Assembly (NCBI GenBank): GCA_945877505.1
Contig: CAMDWT010000001.1
Coordinates: forward strand, 53,750 to 117,749
Direction: 5' to 3'
Length of the DNA stretch: 64,000 bases
Source: Crenothrix polyspora
GTDB lineage: Bacteria; Pseudomonadota; Gammaproteobacteria; Methylococcales; Methylomonadaceae
In this document: piece by piece, positions 1-9,027 of the stretch
Numbering within the stretch: the stretch's first letter is position 1
Layout: every line of letters starts with the position of its first letter
Translations under genes and position numbers: made by a program
The notes under the pieces: generated by a model
Databases searched by the model: none
The model's input: the letters and a program-made list of their open reading frames with translations, nothing else
What the model was told of the DNA's origin: nothing

Positions 1-331
1 ACCTAATTGCCCAAAGTGTGGCTCAGAATACACTTACAATGACGGATCTATGAATATTTGTCCGGAATGCGCACATGAATGGGCGCAAGATGGTCAAGTC
101 GAGAGTAGTGCTGATGATCGTGTGATTAAAGATGCTAATGGTAACGAACTGCAAGACGGAGATACGGTTACCGTTATTAAAGATCTTAAGGTTAAAGGTT
201 CCTCTCTAGTGGTCAAAGTGGGTACGAAAGTTAAAAATATTCGTTTGATTGACGGCGATCATGATATTGATTGTAAAATTGACGGTATAGGTGCAATGAA
301 GCTGAAATCGGAGTTTGTGAAGAAGGTTTAG
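1..331 (+). CDS. phnA: PhnA/YjdM family zinc-ribbon protein, 5' end cut by window edge
   Basis: Reading from nt 2 gives [27 protein letters not shown]...KDLKVKGSS...[21 protein letters not shown]. This is colinear with E. coli YjdM/PhnA, with two CxxC pairs and a C-terminal KLKSEFVKK. Only the first few codons are missing. Confidence 0.9.
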   Translation, partial: PNCPKCGSEYTYNDGSMNICPECAHEWAQDGQVESSADDRVIKDANGNELQDGDTVTVIKDLKVKGSSLVVKVGTKVKNIRLIDGDHDIDCKIDGIGAMKLKSEFVKKV

Positions 332-365
332 CCTTTTATTATGCTGAGTTTGATGTGTTGACGTT

Positions 366-1652
366 ATGAAAATAGGGATACAAACTTGGGGTTCAAATGG
401 CGATATTCGGCCAATGTTGGCGTTGGCCGATGGGCTCCAAAAAGTGGGTCACACCGTAACACTTGTCGTTAGTAGTCTAGATAATCACAGTTATCAGTCT
501 ATTTGTGAACAACTAGGTGTGACCTATCGGCAAGTGCCCGATTATATTGATTTTGATTTACAGAACTTTGCTCAACGTTCGTTTCGCATGAATCCCTTGC
601 AATGGTTACGATCTTTACTTGATGAAGCTTTTTTCCCCTATGAAGAAGACGTTTATCGGGCAGCACAGCAACTTGTTGCTGATAACGATATTGTTATTGG
701 GCATCATTTTTTATATCCATTAAAGTTGGCGGCGTTACAGGCGCAGAAACTTTTTATCAGCATTACACTTTGTCATGCGGCCATTCCTAATCCAGTGGTT
801 CCGCCCTTACGTTTCCCCTATTTAGGAGTCCATCTTAATAAAATAAGTTGGAATCTGTTGGATACGGCATTCAATTGGGCTTTAAAGAAATCTTTAAGTC
901 GTTTATGGTTGCAAGCCGGTGAAGTACCGCCTCAAAAAATGCTTACTGAATTATTGTCCTCACAACGACTTAATATTGTGGCGGTTGATCCTATATTTTG
1001 TCGTTCATTTGATCACTGGCAATCGCATCATCAAGGTTGTGGATTTCTAAATTTAATGGAAGATACCCAGTGTTGGCAGATGCCTAACACGCTGGTTGAT
1101 TTTTTGAAAAAAGGAGTTGCCCCGATTTATATGACATTTGGTAGTTTGCAGCAGGCCGTACCCGAATGGAGTATGGCGTTGTTTATAGCAGCGGTAAATT
1201 TACTAGGTTGCCGAGCCATTATTCAGACCAGTTCAGAGCGCTATCCTATTGATAGTTATAATGATCAGGTTTATTTCATCGGCAGACATCCACATCAAGC
1301 TGTTTTCGAAAAATGTGTTGCGGTTGTTCATCATGGGGGCGCAGGAACGACTCATGCGGCAACGCGTTCTGGCTGTCCTTCGGTGGTCGTGCCTTTTATG
1401 GATGAGCAATTATTTTGGGCGCGTCAACTGCAAGAAATTGGCTTGGCCGTGCAAGCCTTACCAGCAAAAAAAGTGACAGCCGCTACATTGGCTAAAGCCA
1501 TAGCTAAGGTCCTAAGTTCTAGAGCGATTCTAGATAATGCGAAAAAAGCCGGTTTAGTTATGCGGGGTAATGATGGCGTAGCCATTGCAATAGCATTAAT
1601 TGAGGCATTATGTGAGCTAGACAATGTCAATTTTCGCGGTAAACTGATTTAA
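366..1652 (+). CDS. GT1-family (MGT/UDP-glycosyltransferase-like) glycosyltransferase
   Basis: 428-aa ORF. N-terminal MKIGIQTWGSNGDIRPMLALADGLQKVGH resembles a GT28-N-like domain. C-terminal HHGGAGTTHAATRSGCPSVVVPFMDEQLFWA is the nucleotide-sugar motif typical of sterol/macrolide/rhamnolipid-type GT1 enzymes. The acceptor cannot be inferred. Confidence 0.8.
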   Translation: MKIGIQTWGSNGDIRPMLALADGLQKVGHTVTLVVSSLDNHSYQSICEQLGVTYRQVPDYIDFDLQNFAQRSFRMNPLQWLRSLLDEAFFPYEEDVYRAAQQLVADNDIVIGHHFLYPLKLAALQAQKLFISITLCHAAIPNPVVPPLRFPYLGVHLNKISWNLLDTAFNWALKKSLSRLWLQAGEVPPQKMLTELLSSQRLNIVAVDPIFCRSFDHWQSHHQGCGFLNLMEDTQCWQMPNTLVDFLKKGVAPIYMTFGSLQQAVPEWSMALFIAAVNLLGCRAIIQTSSERYPIDSYNDQVYFIGRHPHQAVFEKCVAVVHHGGAGTTHAATRSGCPSVVVPFMDEQLFWARQLQEIGLAVQALPAKKVTAATLAKAIAKVLSSRAILDNAKKAGLVMRGNDGVAIAIALIEALCELDNVNFRGKLI

Positions 1653-1695
1653 CGTTAGTTAAATTTTTTTAATGCTATAAAGAGAGGCGTTAGTT

Positions 1696-1839
1696 ATGGG
1701 ACCTTATTATCAAACCACTACACAAGGGATGGGGAATTTTTTTGATGCGCTTTATGAGCATCCATTGCTGATGCTTGTTTTTGTGGTCGTTGTGATTGCA
1801 GGTGTTTTTCATTTTTGGCGTAAAAAAAAGTTCCAGTAA
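1696..1839 (+). CDS. small hypothetical single-pass membrane protein (47 aa, below ORF-track cutoff)
   Basis: ATG at 1696 with GAGAGG 8 nt upstream. MGPYYQTTTQGMGNFFDALYEHPLLMLVFVVVVIAGVFHFWRKKKFQ* has one hydrophobic helix followed by a basic anchor. No homolog recognised. Confidence 0.35.
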   Translation: MGPYYQTTTQGMGNFFDALYEHPLLMLVFVVVVIAGVFHFWRKKKFQ

Positions 1840-1858
1840 TCACGTTCTTTTTTGGAAT

Positions 1859-2692
1859 CTATTCGTGACGTTGCCTTATAAAAACAGCAAAACGGGGTAG
1901 ACCTGCTTGAGTAAAGCCCTGGTATCGATAGGTAACCACGCTGCCAAGGGGTGGTGGATTTTTTCTTTCTAGCTGAGTAAAGCCGCTACCGATGTAAAAG
2001 GTATTCCCATTGCTTGCTCGGACTTCAATAGAACCTAATAAGCCAGTGTTTTTACCTTTGCCAGGTTTGTAACCAATGACCATGGCCTCAGCATCTTCGA
2101 AAGGTTTGAGTTTGAGTATGTCATTGCTACGGCCACTATGATATAGCGCACTTTCACGATGTAACATCAGACCCTCGCTGCCTTGTAAGATGAGAGTATC
2201 TAGTTTGGTCATTAATGCTTTGTTAGAGTTGATACGAAATTGCTCGATCACTTTTAGATAAAGCGTCGTTGGAAGCGCTTTCATCGCTGCAACACGTTCA
2301 GTAAAAGTTCCACCATGACTGGGAAGATCGAAAACCATAAATTTAATGGCTTTCCAGCCCTCATGAGGCATTAACTTTTGTACAGAAGATACAACATCTT
2401 CATATAAACCCCGCCCCATCCATAATTCACCATCCAAAGGTTGCTCAGGAAAGTCTTGAATAAACCATGTCGGTGCCATAAAAATGTGACCACCCCGAGA
2501 GATTAGTTGTTTTCCATCCCATCGAGCCCTTACACCGTCGAGTTTTTCACTGATCCAAAATTGGGTGACATTTTCACTCTCATGGTAACGAGTTGCCAGC
2601 ATAATATCCGGCGTTTCAGTCGCTGAGATTGGTCGCGCTGTTATTAGCGCTAACATAATGGCTATGAAGAAATTAAAGGTAGGCTTCATCAC
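1859..2692 (-). CDS. secreted minimal ATP-dependent DNA ligase (Lig E type)
   Basis: 277 aa. Signal-peptide-like N terminus MMKPTFNFFIAIMLALITARPISA/TE. Adenylation motif I SEKLDGVRA (KxDG), then FMVFDL, EGLMLH and LKLKP motifs and an OB-fold-sized C terminus. Size and leader match the periplasmic ligases of Haemophilus, Neisseria and Vibrio-type bacteria. Confidence 0.85.
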   Translation of the reverse strand: MMKPTFNFFIAIMLALITARPISATETPDIMLATRYHESENVTQFWISEKLDGVRARWDGKQLISRGGHIFMAPTWFIQDFPEQPLDGELWMGRGLYEDVVSSVQKLMPHEGWKAIKFMVFDLPSHGGTFTERVAAMKALPTTLYLKVIEQFRINSNKALMTKLDTLILQGSEGLMLHRESALYHSGRSNDILKLKPFEDAEAMVIGYKPGKGKNTGLLGSIEVRASNGNTFYIGSGFTQLERKNPPPLGSVVTYRYQGFTQAGLPRFAVFIRQRHE

Positions 2693-2811
2693 AATTTTTT
2701 TATAGAAATTGAGAGAAACGTAGTAATGGTATTGCTAAATTCATTTAATGTGCTTGCTTGAAAGGACAAATAGCAAGTGTAGTTCAAAAATGAATATGTG
2801 CTCGTAAATCA

Positions 2812-2839
2812 AGTAAGGCGGTTTGAAAATCGCCTTACT
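2812..2839 (-). terminator. hairpin downstream of the CDF transporter gene
   Basis: Nine-bp inverted repeat AGTAAGGCG (2812-2820) / CGCCTTACT (2831-2839) with a 10-nt loop, 30 nt past the stop. A moderately U-rich tract (TGATTT) follows on the minus strand. Confidence 0.45.
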
Positions 2840-2868
2840 AACCAGTATGTATTAGCCTGTTGTTGGAT

Positions 2869-3819
2869 TTAACAAGAGTGGTGTTGGTGTGAAATGGGCT
2901 TAGGAAAGGTCAGGGCACATTCGTGATGGCTTGTGCCGAGTTCAATTTGCAAGGTGCTGTGATGAACGGAGTGCTGTTCTTTAAGCGTTAAAACAATCTC
3001 ATCCATAAAAGCATCGCCAGGATGGCCGTTGGGCATGACTAGGTGGACGGTCAAGGCATTTTCCGTCGTACTTAAGCCCCAAATATGTAAATCATGTATT
3101 TCGGTAACGCCTTTTAATTGGCATAGATACTCATCAATGGCGAGGGCATCAATCTGTGCGGGGACCGCACTTAAAGCAAGTTGCAGTGACTCACGAAGCA
3201 AGCTCCACCTGCCGATCACAATGACGACGACAATAACTAGACTCATCACGGGATCTAGCCAGTACCAATCGGTGTAAATCATGGTGAAACCTGCAATGAC
3301 GACAGCTAATGAAACAGCTGTATCAGCGGCCATATGCAGGTAAGCACCGCGCATGTTCAAGTCATTTTTATTATCTTTCATCAAAAGTAGTGCCGAAAGA
3401 CCATTGATAACAATGCCAATACTGGCAACGATTGAAACCGTTAGGCCGGCAATAACAGGGGGTTCTGAGAAACGATGAAGCGCTTCCCAGGCGATTGCGC
3501 CGCAGGCAACTAAAAGTAGCATCGCATTAGCGAGCGCTGCCAGAATAGATGTACTGCGTAAGCCGTAGGTGTATCGTTTGTTTGGTTGTTTGCGCGTTAA
3601 AATAACAGCACTCCATGATAATACTAAGCCGAGCACATCAGAAGTGTTATGCCCTGCATCGGCTATCAGTGCAGTTGAATTGGTCATCAGTCCATAGCCA
3701 AACTCAACCCCTACATAAATTAGATTTAGGCAGATAGTTATCCCAAAAATGCGACTTTTATTATTGAAGGTAGGGTGATGATGTCCTTCGGAGTGAGTGT
3801 GGGTATGAGAGTGTGCCAT
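2869..3819 (-). CDS. cation diffusion facilitator (CzcD/ZitB-like) divalent-metal efflux transporter
   Basis: 316 aa, about six hydrophobic helices. His-rich N terminus MAHSHTHTHSEGHHHP. CDF metal-site motifs DAGHNTSD and HMAAD. Cytoplasmic C-terminal domain ending HQHHSC. Confidence 0.9.
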   Translation of the reverse strand: MAHSHTHTHSEGHHHPTFNNKSRIFGITICLNLIYVGVEFGYGLMTNSTALIADAGHNTSDVLGLVLSWSAVILTRKQPNKRYTYGLRSTSILAALANAMLLLVACGAIAWEALHRFSEPPVIAGLTVSIVASIGIVINGLSALLLMKDNKNDLNMRGAYLHMAADTAVSLAVVIAGFTMIYTDWYWLDPVMSLVIVVVIVIGRWSLLRESLQLALSAVPAQIDALAIDEYLCQLKGVTEIHDLHIWGLSTTENALTVHLVMPNGHPGDAFMDEIVLTLKEQHSVHHSTLQIELGTSHHECALTFPKPISHQHHSC

Positions 3820-4016
3820 GTGTTGAATTCCGCGCTGGACAAAATTAAAAGAAAAATTAGATGATTAGCGTTTAATTGAAGGTGTAAATTAGACGCTAAA
3901 CACTATGGCTATTAAGTAGTAAGGATTTAATAGGGAGTATAACAAAATAGAGTGGGGGCACAAATGGACGCTACCTTTACACTGTTTTTTCATATCCTCA
4001 AAATAACTATGTAGCG

Positions 4017-5615
4017 TTATTTTCTATTGTCTAGGGCCATAAGTCTGGCTGCAAGCTGATGATCTGAGAACGTGTGTAAGGAAGAGCCTAACTCTTGGTA
4101 ATGTCCACCTTTTGCTTGATGGTGCTGTTTAAAATCTTTAATAAATGCCATAACGGTAAAATCAATGAGATATGCCTCGTTGAGGTCGAAAATGATAGTT
4201 TTACTAGGGTCTATTTGAAATAAAGCTTTTTTCAAAGGTATAACGTTTGAGAAAAGTGCTGAGCCTAATAATTTTACAATGACGACGTTGTTATCGAGAT
4301 ATTTGATTGTAAAGTTAATTTTAAATAAATTTTTTAGCCAAACCCCTCGAGCCATGTTCATTAGCAATTTTGCAATAATACCTATAGCAACACCCACTAA
4401 TAAATCTGTAGTTAAGACACCAATAATGGTAATGATAAACAAAAACAACTGCTCTTTACCCGTGTCTTTGACTTGGGCGAATAATTTAGGTGAGGTTAGC
4501 TGGTAACCCGTATAAACCAATAGTGCAGCTAATGCAGCTAAAGGAATGCTTTTTAAAAAAGGGGTAAAAAAGGCAACAAATAATAATAAAAATAAACCGT
4601 GAAAAAAATTAGACCATGCTGTTTTTGCACCGTGATTAATATTGGCAGAACTACGGATTATCTCGTTAATCATGGGCAAGCCGCCCAAAAATCCGGCAAG
4701 CAAATTACCCCAACCGATGGCGGTTAAGTTTTTATCAAGATCAGTGCTGCGATGATAGGGGTCAAGTTTATCAACAGCGGATGTAATTAATAAGCTTTCC
4801 ATGCTGCCAATTAGACTGATGCTGAGTACCGCTCCCCAAAACTTTAGGGTTGTAATTTTTGAAAAATCAGGAAAAGTAAAGCTAGTGAAAAAATTATCAG
4901 GGATAGAGATCAAGTAGTTACTTAGACCTTGCGATGCTGCTTGAGCAAAATCAAAATGCCACGCAAAAATAACACCTATTAAAACAACCAAGATTTGACT
5001 GGGAATTTTACTGTTGATTAAAGGCCATGTAAGCAGTAGTAATAAGCTCAAAAAACTGATTAAAACAACATCCAGATTCATTTTACTTAAGCTATCTGGG
5101 ATTTGTGTCATGACTGACAATACGTTACCGTTAGTTGCAGAGGGCACACCTAGCATAACCTGTGATTGTGTGGTGATGATAATAATGCCAATGGCGGCAA
5201 GCATGCCATGAATAATGGACGTTGGGATAAATGAACAAATTTGACCCATTTTAAAGAAGCCTAATAAAATTTGTAGAGTACTGGCCATTACAATGGCGGC
5301 TAAAGTGTAATGATATCCAGCGACTGAGTCGCCTTCGCCTAATATTTGAACGGAAGTTAAAAGTACGGTGATAAGTCCAGCCGCAGGTCCATTAATGGTT
5401 AGAAATGCACCACTAGTTTGTGATACCAGTAAGCCACCGATAATGGCTGTTATGATGCCTGCTGAGGCTGGAAAGCCAGAAGCTACGGCTATACCAAGGG
5501 ACAGCGGTAAAGCAATAAGAAAAACCAAGAAGCCAGCTTGTAAATCACTACGCCAATTTTCTTTAAGGCCGGCTAAGCCGGTTTTGGGTATTACAGCAAG
5601 GCGTGAATTGGGCAT
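4017..5615 (-). CDS. SulP-family anion transporter with C-terminal STAS domain (paralog A)
   Basis: 532 aa. SulP core motifs PKTGLAGLKENW, INGPAAGL and RSSANINHGAKT, plus a C-terminal STAS-sized soluble domain. Clearly paralogous to the adjacent gene. Confidence 0.88.
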   Translation of the reverse strand: MPNSRLAVIPKTGLAGLKENWRSDLQAGFLVFLIALPLSLGIAVASGFPASAGIITAIIGGLLVSQTSGAFLTINGPAAGLITVLLTSVQILGEGDSVAGYHYTLAAIVMASTLQILLGFFKMGQICSFIPTSIIHGMLAAIGIIIITTQSQVMLGVPSATNGNVLSVMTQIPDSLSKMNLDVVLISFLSLLLLLTWPLINSKIPSQILVVLIGVIFAWHFDFAQAASQGLSNYLISIPDNFFTSFTFPDFSKITTLKFWGAVLSISLIGSMESLLITSAVDKLDPYHRSTDLDKNLTAIGWGNLLAGFLGGLPMINEIIRSSANINHGAKTAWSNFFHGLFLLLFVAFFTPFLKSIPLAALAALLVYTGYQLTSPKLFAQVKDTGKEQLFLFIITIIGVLTTDLLVGVAIGIIAKLLMNMARGVWLKNLFKINFTIKYLDNNVVIVKLLGSALFSNVIPLKKALFQIDPSKTIIFDLNEAYLIDFTVMAFIKDFKQHHQAKGGHYQELGSSLHTFSDHQLAARLMALDNRK

Positions 5616-5626
5616 ATTGTCTCTTT

Positions 5627-5665
5627 TATAGTAAATAACGCTTAAGTAAGCGCTATATTACTATA
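5627..5665. repeat. 39-bp imperfect palindrome between the two SulP genes
   Basis: TATAGTAAATAACGCTTAAGTAAGCGCTATATTACTATA. Core CGCTTA-AG-TAAGCG is flanked by AT-rich complementary arms. No flanking U-tract on either strand, so it is either an operator or a weak terminator. Confidence 0.3.
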
Positions 5666-5722
5666 GAAAGTAGGTGAAATGGCTACCCAGTGAAAATAGC
5701 TTTTTATAGATAGTTACAACGA

Positions 5723-7420
5723 TTAGAGTCCAAAATGATCACTCTTACGGCGGCTCATATTGTTTCGCTTCATTCTGCGGACAGCTAAAGGATTCTCTGA
5801 AAACGTATCGTGATATTCCATGCCATGGAACATCACTTTTCCGCCATATCGTTGATAAGTATGTTCAAAATCATGGAGGAATTCCATGACGGTGTGATCA
5901 ACAAGATAAGTATTATTCATTTGGAAAATGATTGATTTACCTTGCTCTAAGTTTGTTAAAGTCGTTTTAAGGGCCATAAAATTAGAGAAAATAGCCGCCC
6001 CAACGATGTTAACAATATAAGTATCAGAATCTTTTTTCTCAATAACAAAGTTAATTTTAAACATATTGTTAGGTCTGACACCACGTAATAGATGGATGGC
6101 AAACTTTGTCATGATGCCGATGCCGACGCCGATTAATAAATCAGTCGCTAATACACCGATAATGGTGACGACGAACATGAATAACTGTTCTTTGCCAATC
6201 CCCATAACTTTAGCGAATTCTTTAGGCGAGGCTAGACGAAAACCAGTGTAGACCAGTAACGCGGCTAATGCAGCTAAAGGAATGCCATGAATTAAACGAG
6301 GAAACAACATTACAAATAACAGTAAAAAGGTGCCGTGAAAAAAATTGGCCCACTGCGTTTTTGCACCATTGTTTACGTTGGCAGAGCTACGGACGATTTC
6401 AGCTATCATGGGTAAACCACCGATGAGTCCAGCTAAAAGATTACCGAAGCCTACGGCCGTTAGGTCACGATCAAGATTTGAATGGCGTTTGTAGAGATCA
6501 AGTTTATCGACAGCCATGGCGCTAAGTAAGCTTTCTAAGCTACCCACTAAGCTGATACTCAGAACGGCCTCCCAAAATTCTAGGGTAGTTATTTTTGAAA
6601 AGTCAGGAAAGTAAAAGCTAGACATGAAGTTATCAGAAATGGCAACCAAAAATTTTGGTCCAACGGTTTCCTCGTGATGTGGTAAAAAATGTGCGTCTGG
6701 GAGAAACAAATAGACGTGTTCATGTTCTAGGTCGAAATAGCGAGCTAAGCCCATACCTACCAAGACCACAATGAGGGGTGCTGGAATCATTTTTAAAGTT
6801 GGATTTTTTATAACTGACCAGATAATTAATATGGCTAAACCCGTAAGCCCTATAATCGAAATTTCAAAGTTAGGATTTAAAAAACTATGTGGAATTTGTG
6901 CAATAGTCGAAAATAAACTGCTTCCTTTTTCTGGCGTTGCACCCAGCATGACGTGAATTTGTTTGGCCATGATGATGATGCCAATAGCTGCCAACATGCC
7001 ATGAACCACGGAAGCGGGAAAGAAAGAGCTGAGTCTTCCTGCTTTGAATACGCCCAATAAAATTTGTACCACGCTAGCAACTACAATCGCGGCGAGAGCA
7101 TAGCGATAGCCCGACATGGCATCGCCTTGGCCTAGGCTTTGAACGGCTCCCAAGACAACCACGATTAAACCGGCGGCTGGGCCGTTGATGGTCATAAACG
7201 AACCATTGAAGCGTGAAACTAGCATTCCACCAATAATGGCTGTGATGATGCCTGAGGAAGGCGGGAAGCCGGAGGCCATTGATATCCCTAAACATAAGGG
7301 TAAGGCAATAAGAAAGACCAGAAATCCTGAGAGTAAATCTTCTCGCCAGTTTTGTTTTAATCCAGCTAGGCCGGTTTTGGGTAAGATAGGCAATGAAGCT
7401 TTAATCATACGAATGCTCAA
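5723..7420 (-). CDS. SulP-family anion transporter with C-terminal STAS domain (paralog B)
   Basis: 565 aa. Same motifs as paralog A (PKTGLAGLKQNW, INGPAAGL, RSSANVNNGAKT). It carries an extra His/Glu-rich loop (DLEHEHVYLFLPDAHFLPHHEE) and a basic C-terminal tail. The start could also be the internal Met (MIKAS). Confidence 0.88.
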   Translation of the reverse strand: MSIRMIKASLPILPKTGLAGLKQNWREDLLSGFLVFLIALPLCLGISMASGFPPSSGIITAIIGGMLVSRFNGSFMTINGPAAGLIVVVLGAVQSLGQGDAMSGYRYALAAIVVASVVQILLGVFKAGRLSSFFPASVVHGMLAAIGIIIMAKQIHVMLGATPEKGSSLFSTIAQIPHSFLNPNFEISIIGLTGLAILIIWSVIKNPTLKMIPAPLIVVLVGMGLARYFDLEHEHVYLFLPDAHFLPHHEETVGPKFLVAISDNFMSSFYFPDFSKITTLEFWEAVLSISLVGSLESLLSAMAVDKLDLYKRHSNLDRDLTAVGFGNLLAGLIGGLPMIAEIVRSSANVNNGAKTQWANFFHGTFLLLFVMLFPRLIHGIPLAALAALLVYTGFRLASPKEFAKVMGIGKEQLFMFVVTIIGVLATDLLIGVGIGIMTKFAIHLLRGVRPNNMFKINFVIEKKDSDTYIVNIVGAAIFSNFMALKTTLTNLEQGKSIIFQMNNTYLVDHTVMEFLHDFEHTYQRYGGKVMFHGMEYHDTFSENPLAVRRMKRNNMSRRKSDHFGL

Positions 7421-7923
7421 TTATTGTAAGAGTAGGTTTAATTATAGATTAGCAGTTTTTATGCCAGTTTTATAACAAGCGCTAATGAGTTGATTATATT
7501 AAGCAGAAATAAAGGTGATGTTGGTTTATGTGCAGATACAAACCATTGGTGATTGGTGTAAAGCAACCATTGCTGGTTTATTTGCACCGGTAAGGAATGT
7601 CAGATGTACTTCAAATATCAACCAATCAATAGCTTGTAAAGACAAATAGAGCTTAAATTTAAGGCGTAACAATTATCCATCTCTTGTGAGTATAAAAATA
7701 AAAAGGCATTACTGTAGATACTTATATCTAAGACGAAAAAATTTACTGTTTACGGTTGTGGTAAAATTTGTCGAGTGTGACTTTACGACTTAATACAGTC
7801 AGCTTCTTGCAAAAAATAGGCGTTTTAAGCTCACCATTGTTGCGATATCTTTGTTGAATAAAGGGTTGTCGGTATTGAATTAGGGAGACTGGTTTGGAAG
7901 TAGATTGGCCGATAGGCTATAAA

Positions 7924-9027
7924 ATGGGTAAGAGAAAACTGATAACTATCTTGGATAAAATGATTGTCCAGGATCTGTTAAAAACGTTATCTTCAGTTTT
8001 AACAGTGCTAGTGATTATTATTGTGAGTCGAAAATTTATTAGAATTCTCGATGATGCCATCGCAGGCCAGGTGTCGAATGATACCTTATTAAATATTCTT
8101 GGATTAAAAACGATTGTAGCTGCAGTAGAGTTTTTACCCGTAGCCATATTTATGGCAGTTTTAATGGTCTTGGGGAGAATGTATAGAGATCAAGAGATGT
8201 CGGCTATTTCTTCAGCAGGAGGCGGAGCATTAACGCTTTATCGTGCAGTATTTTTGTTGGTTTTTCCCTTAAGTTTATTATCGCTGGGCTTATCTTTGTA
8301 TACAGCGCCTTGGGCAGAGTTGGGCGTTGATAAGCTAATGCAGAAAGGACAAGAGTCTGCAGATATGAGAGGCATTGCTGCCGGTAAATTCACTGAATAT
8401 AGCCAAGGGGATTTGGTTTTTTATGTGGAAAAAATCAGTGCCGATAATAAAATGCATAATGTTTTTGTACAAAATAGACAACATGGAACTTTGGCCATCA
8501 TTAATGCTGAATCAGCAAGTTTTAGAGATTTATCGGATGGGCTTTATATTGTTTTTGAGAAAGGTGAACAAGTTAAAGGTTTGCCAGGTAGTTTAAATTA
8601 CGTGATTGAAAATTTTTCTGAGTATTCGGTAAGAATTGAAAAAAAATCTGTTGAGGTTAAATATAATCGGCATTCACTATCGATCGATGAATTATGGGGT
8701 AGTGAGATAACCCATCATGCTGCCGAACTACAGCGTCGACTCTCTGTTCCCTTGGGTATTTTACTGTTGAGTTTTATTGCTGTTCCATTGGCGCAGATCG
8801 CACCTCGTGGTGGTGTTTACGGTAATATGTTTATGGGTTTTTTGATTTATTTCAGCTATGGAAATCTCCTCCGTGTTAGTCAAAGTTGGGTAACAAATGG
8901 AACTGTTTCGGCTTGGATGGGTGTGTTTAGTGTTAACTTTCTGTTATTACTAATAGGCACTTTTTTAATCGCTAGATTGTATGGCTGGCAATGGATAAAA
9001 ATGAAAGTTCAAAGGAAGGTGTCTTAA
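7924..9027 (+). CDS. lptF: LPS export ABC permease LptF
   Basis: YjgP/YjgQ permease. ILDKMIVQDLLKTLSSVLTVLVIIIVSRKFIRILDDAIAGQ aligns with LptF N termini. The ORF track starts at a TTG (7894); ATG 7924 (or 7960) is more plausible. The stop overlaps the lptG start (TAATG). Confidence 0.88.
   Translation: MGKRKLITILDKMIVQDLLKTLSSVLTVLVIIIVSRKFIRILDDAIAGQVSNDTLLNILGLKTIVAAVEFLPVAIFMAVLMVLGRMYRDQEMSAISSAGGGALTLYRAVFLLVFPLSLLSLGLSLYTAPWAELGVDKLMQKGQESADMRGIAAGKFTEYSQGDLVFYVEKISADNKMHNVFVQNRQHGTLAIINAESASFRDLSDGLYIVFEKGEQVKGLPGSLNYVIENFSEYSVRIEKKSVEVKYNRHSLSIDELWGSEITHHAAELQRRLSVPLGILLLSFIAVPLAQIAPRGGVYGNMFMGFLIYFSYGNLLRVSQSWVTNGTVSAWMGVFSVNFLLLLIGTFLIARLYGWQWIKMKVQRKVS

Noticed and set aside
4017-7420. 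Interpreting the SulP pair as bicarbonate transporters of a CO2-concentrating mechanism
   Set aside because: No carbonic anhydrase, carboxysome or RuBisCO genes are in the window, and SulP substrate specificity cannot be read from motifs. It remains pure speculation.
7518-7649. 43-codon ORF (MLVYVQIQTIGDWCKATIAGLFAPVRNVRCTSNINQSIACKDK) in the long SulP/lptF gap
   Set aside because: The Shine-Dalgarno-like AAGGTG abuts the ATG with no spacing. There is no hydrophobic segment or recognisable motif, so it cannot be supported without conservation data.
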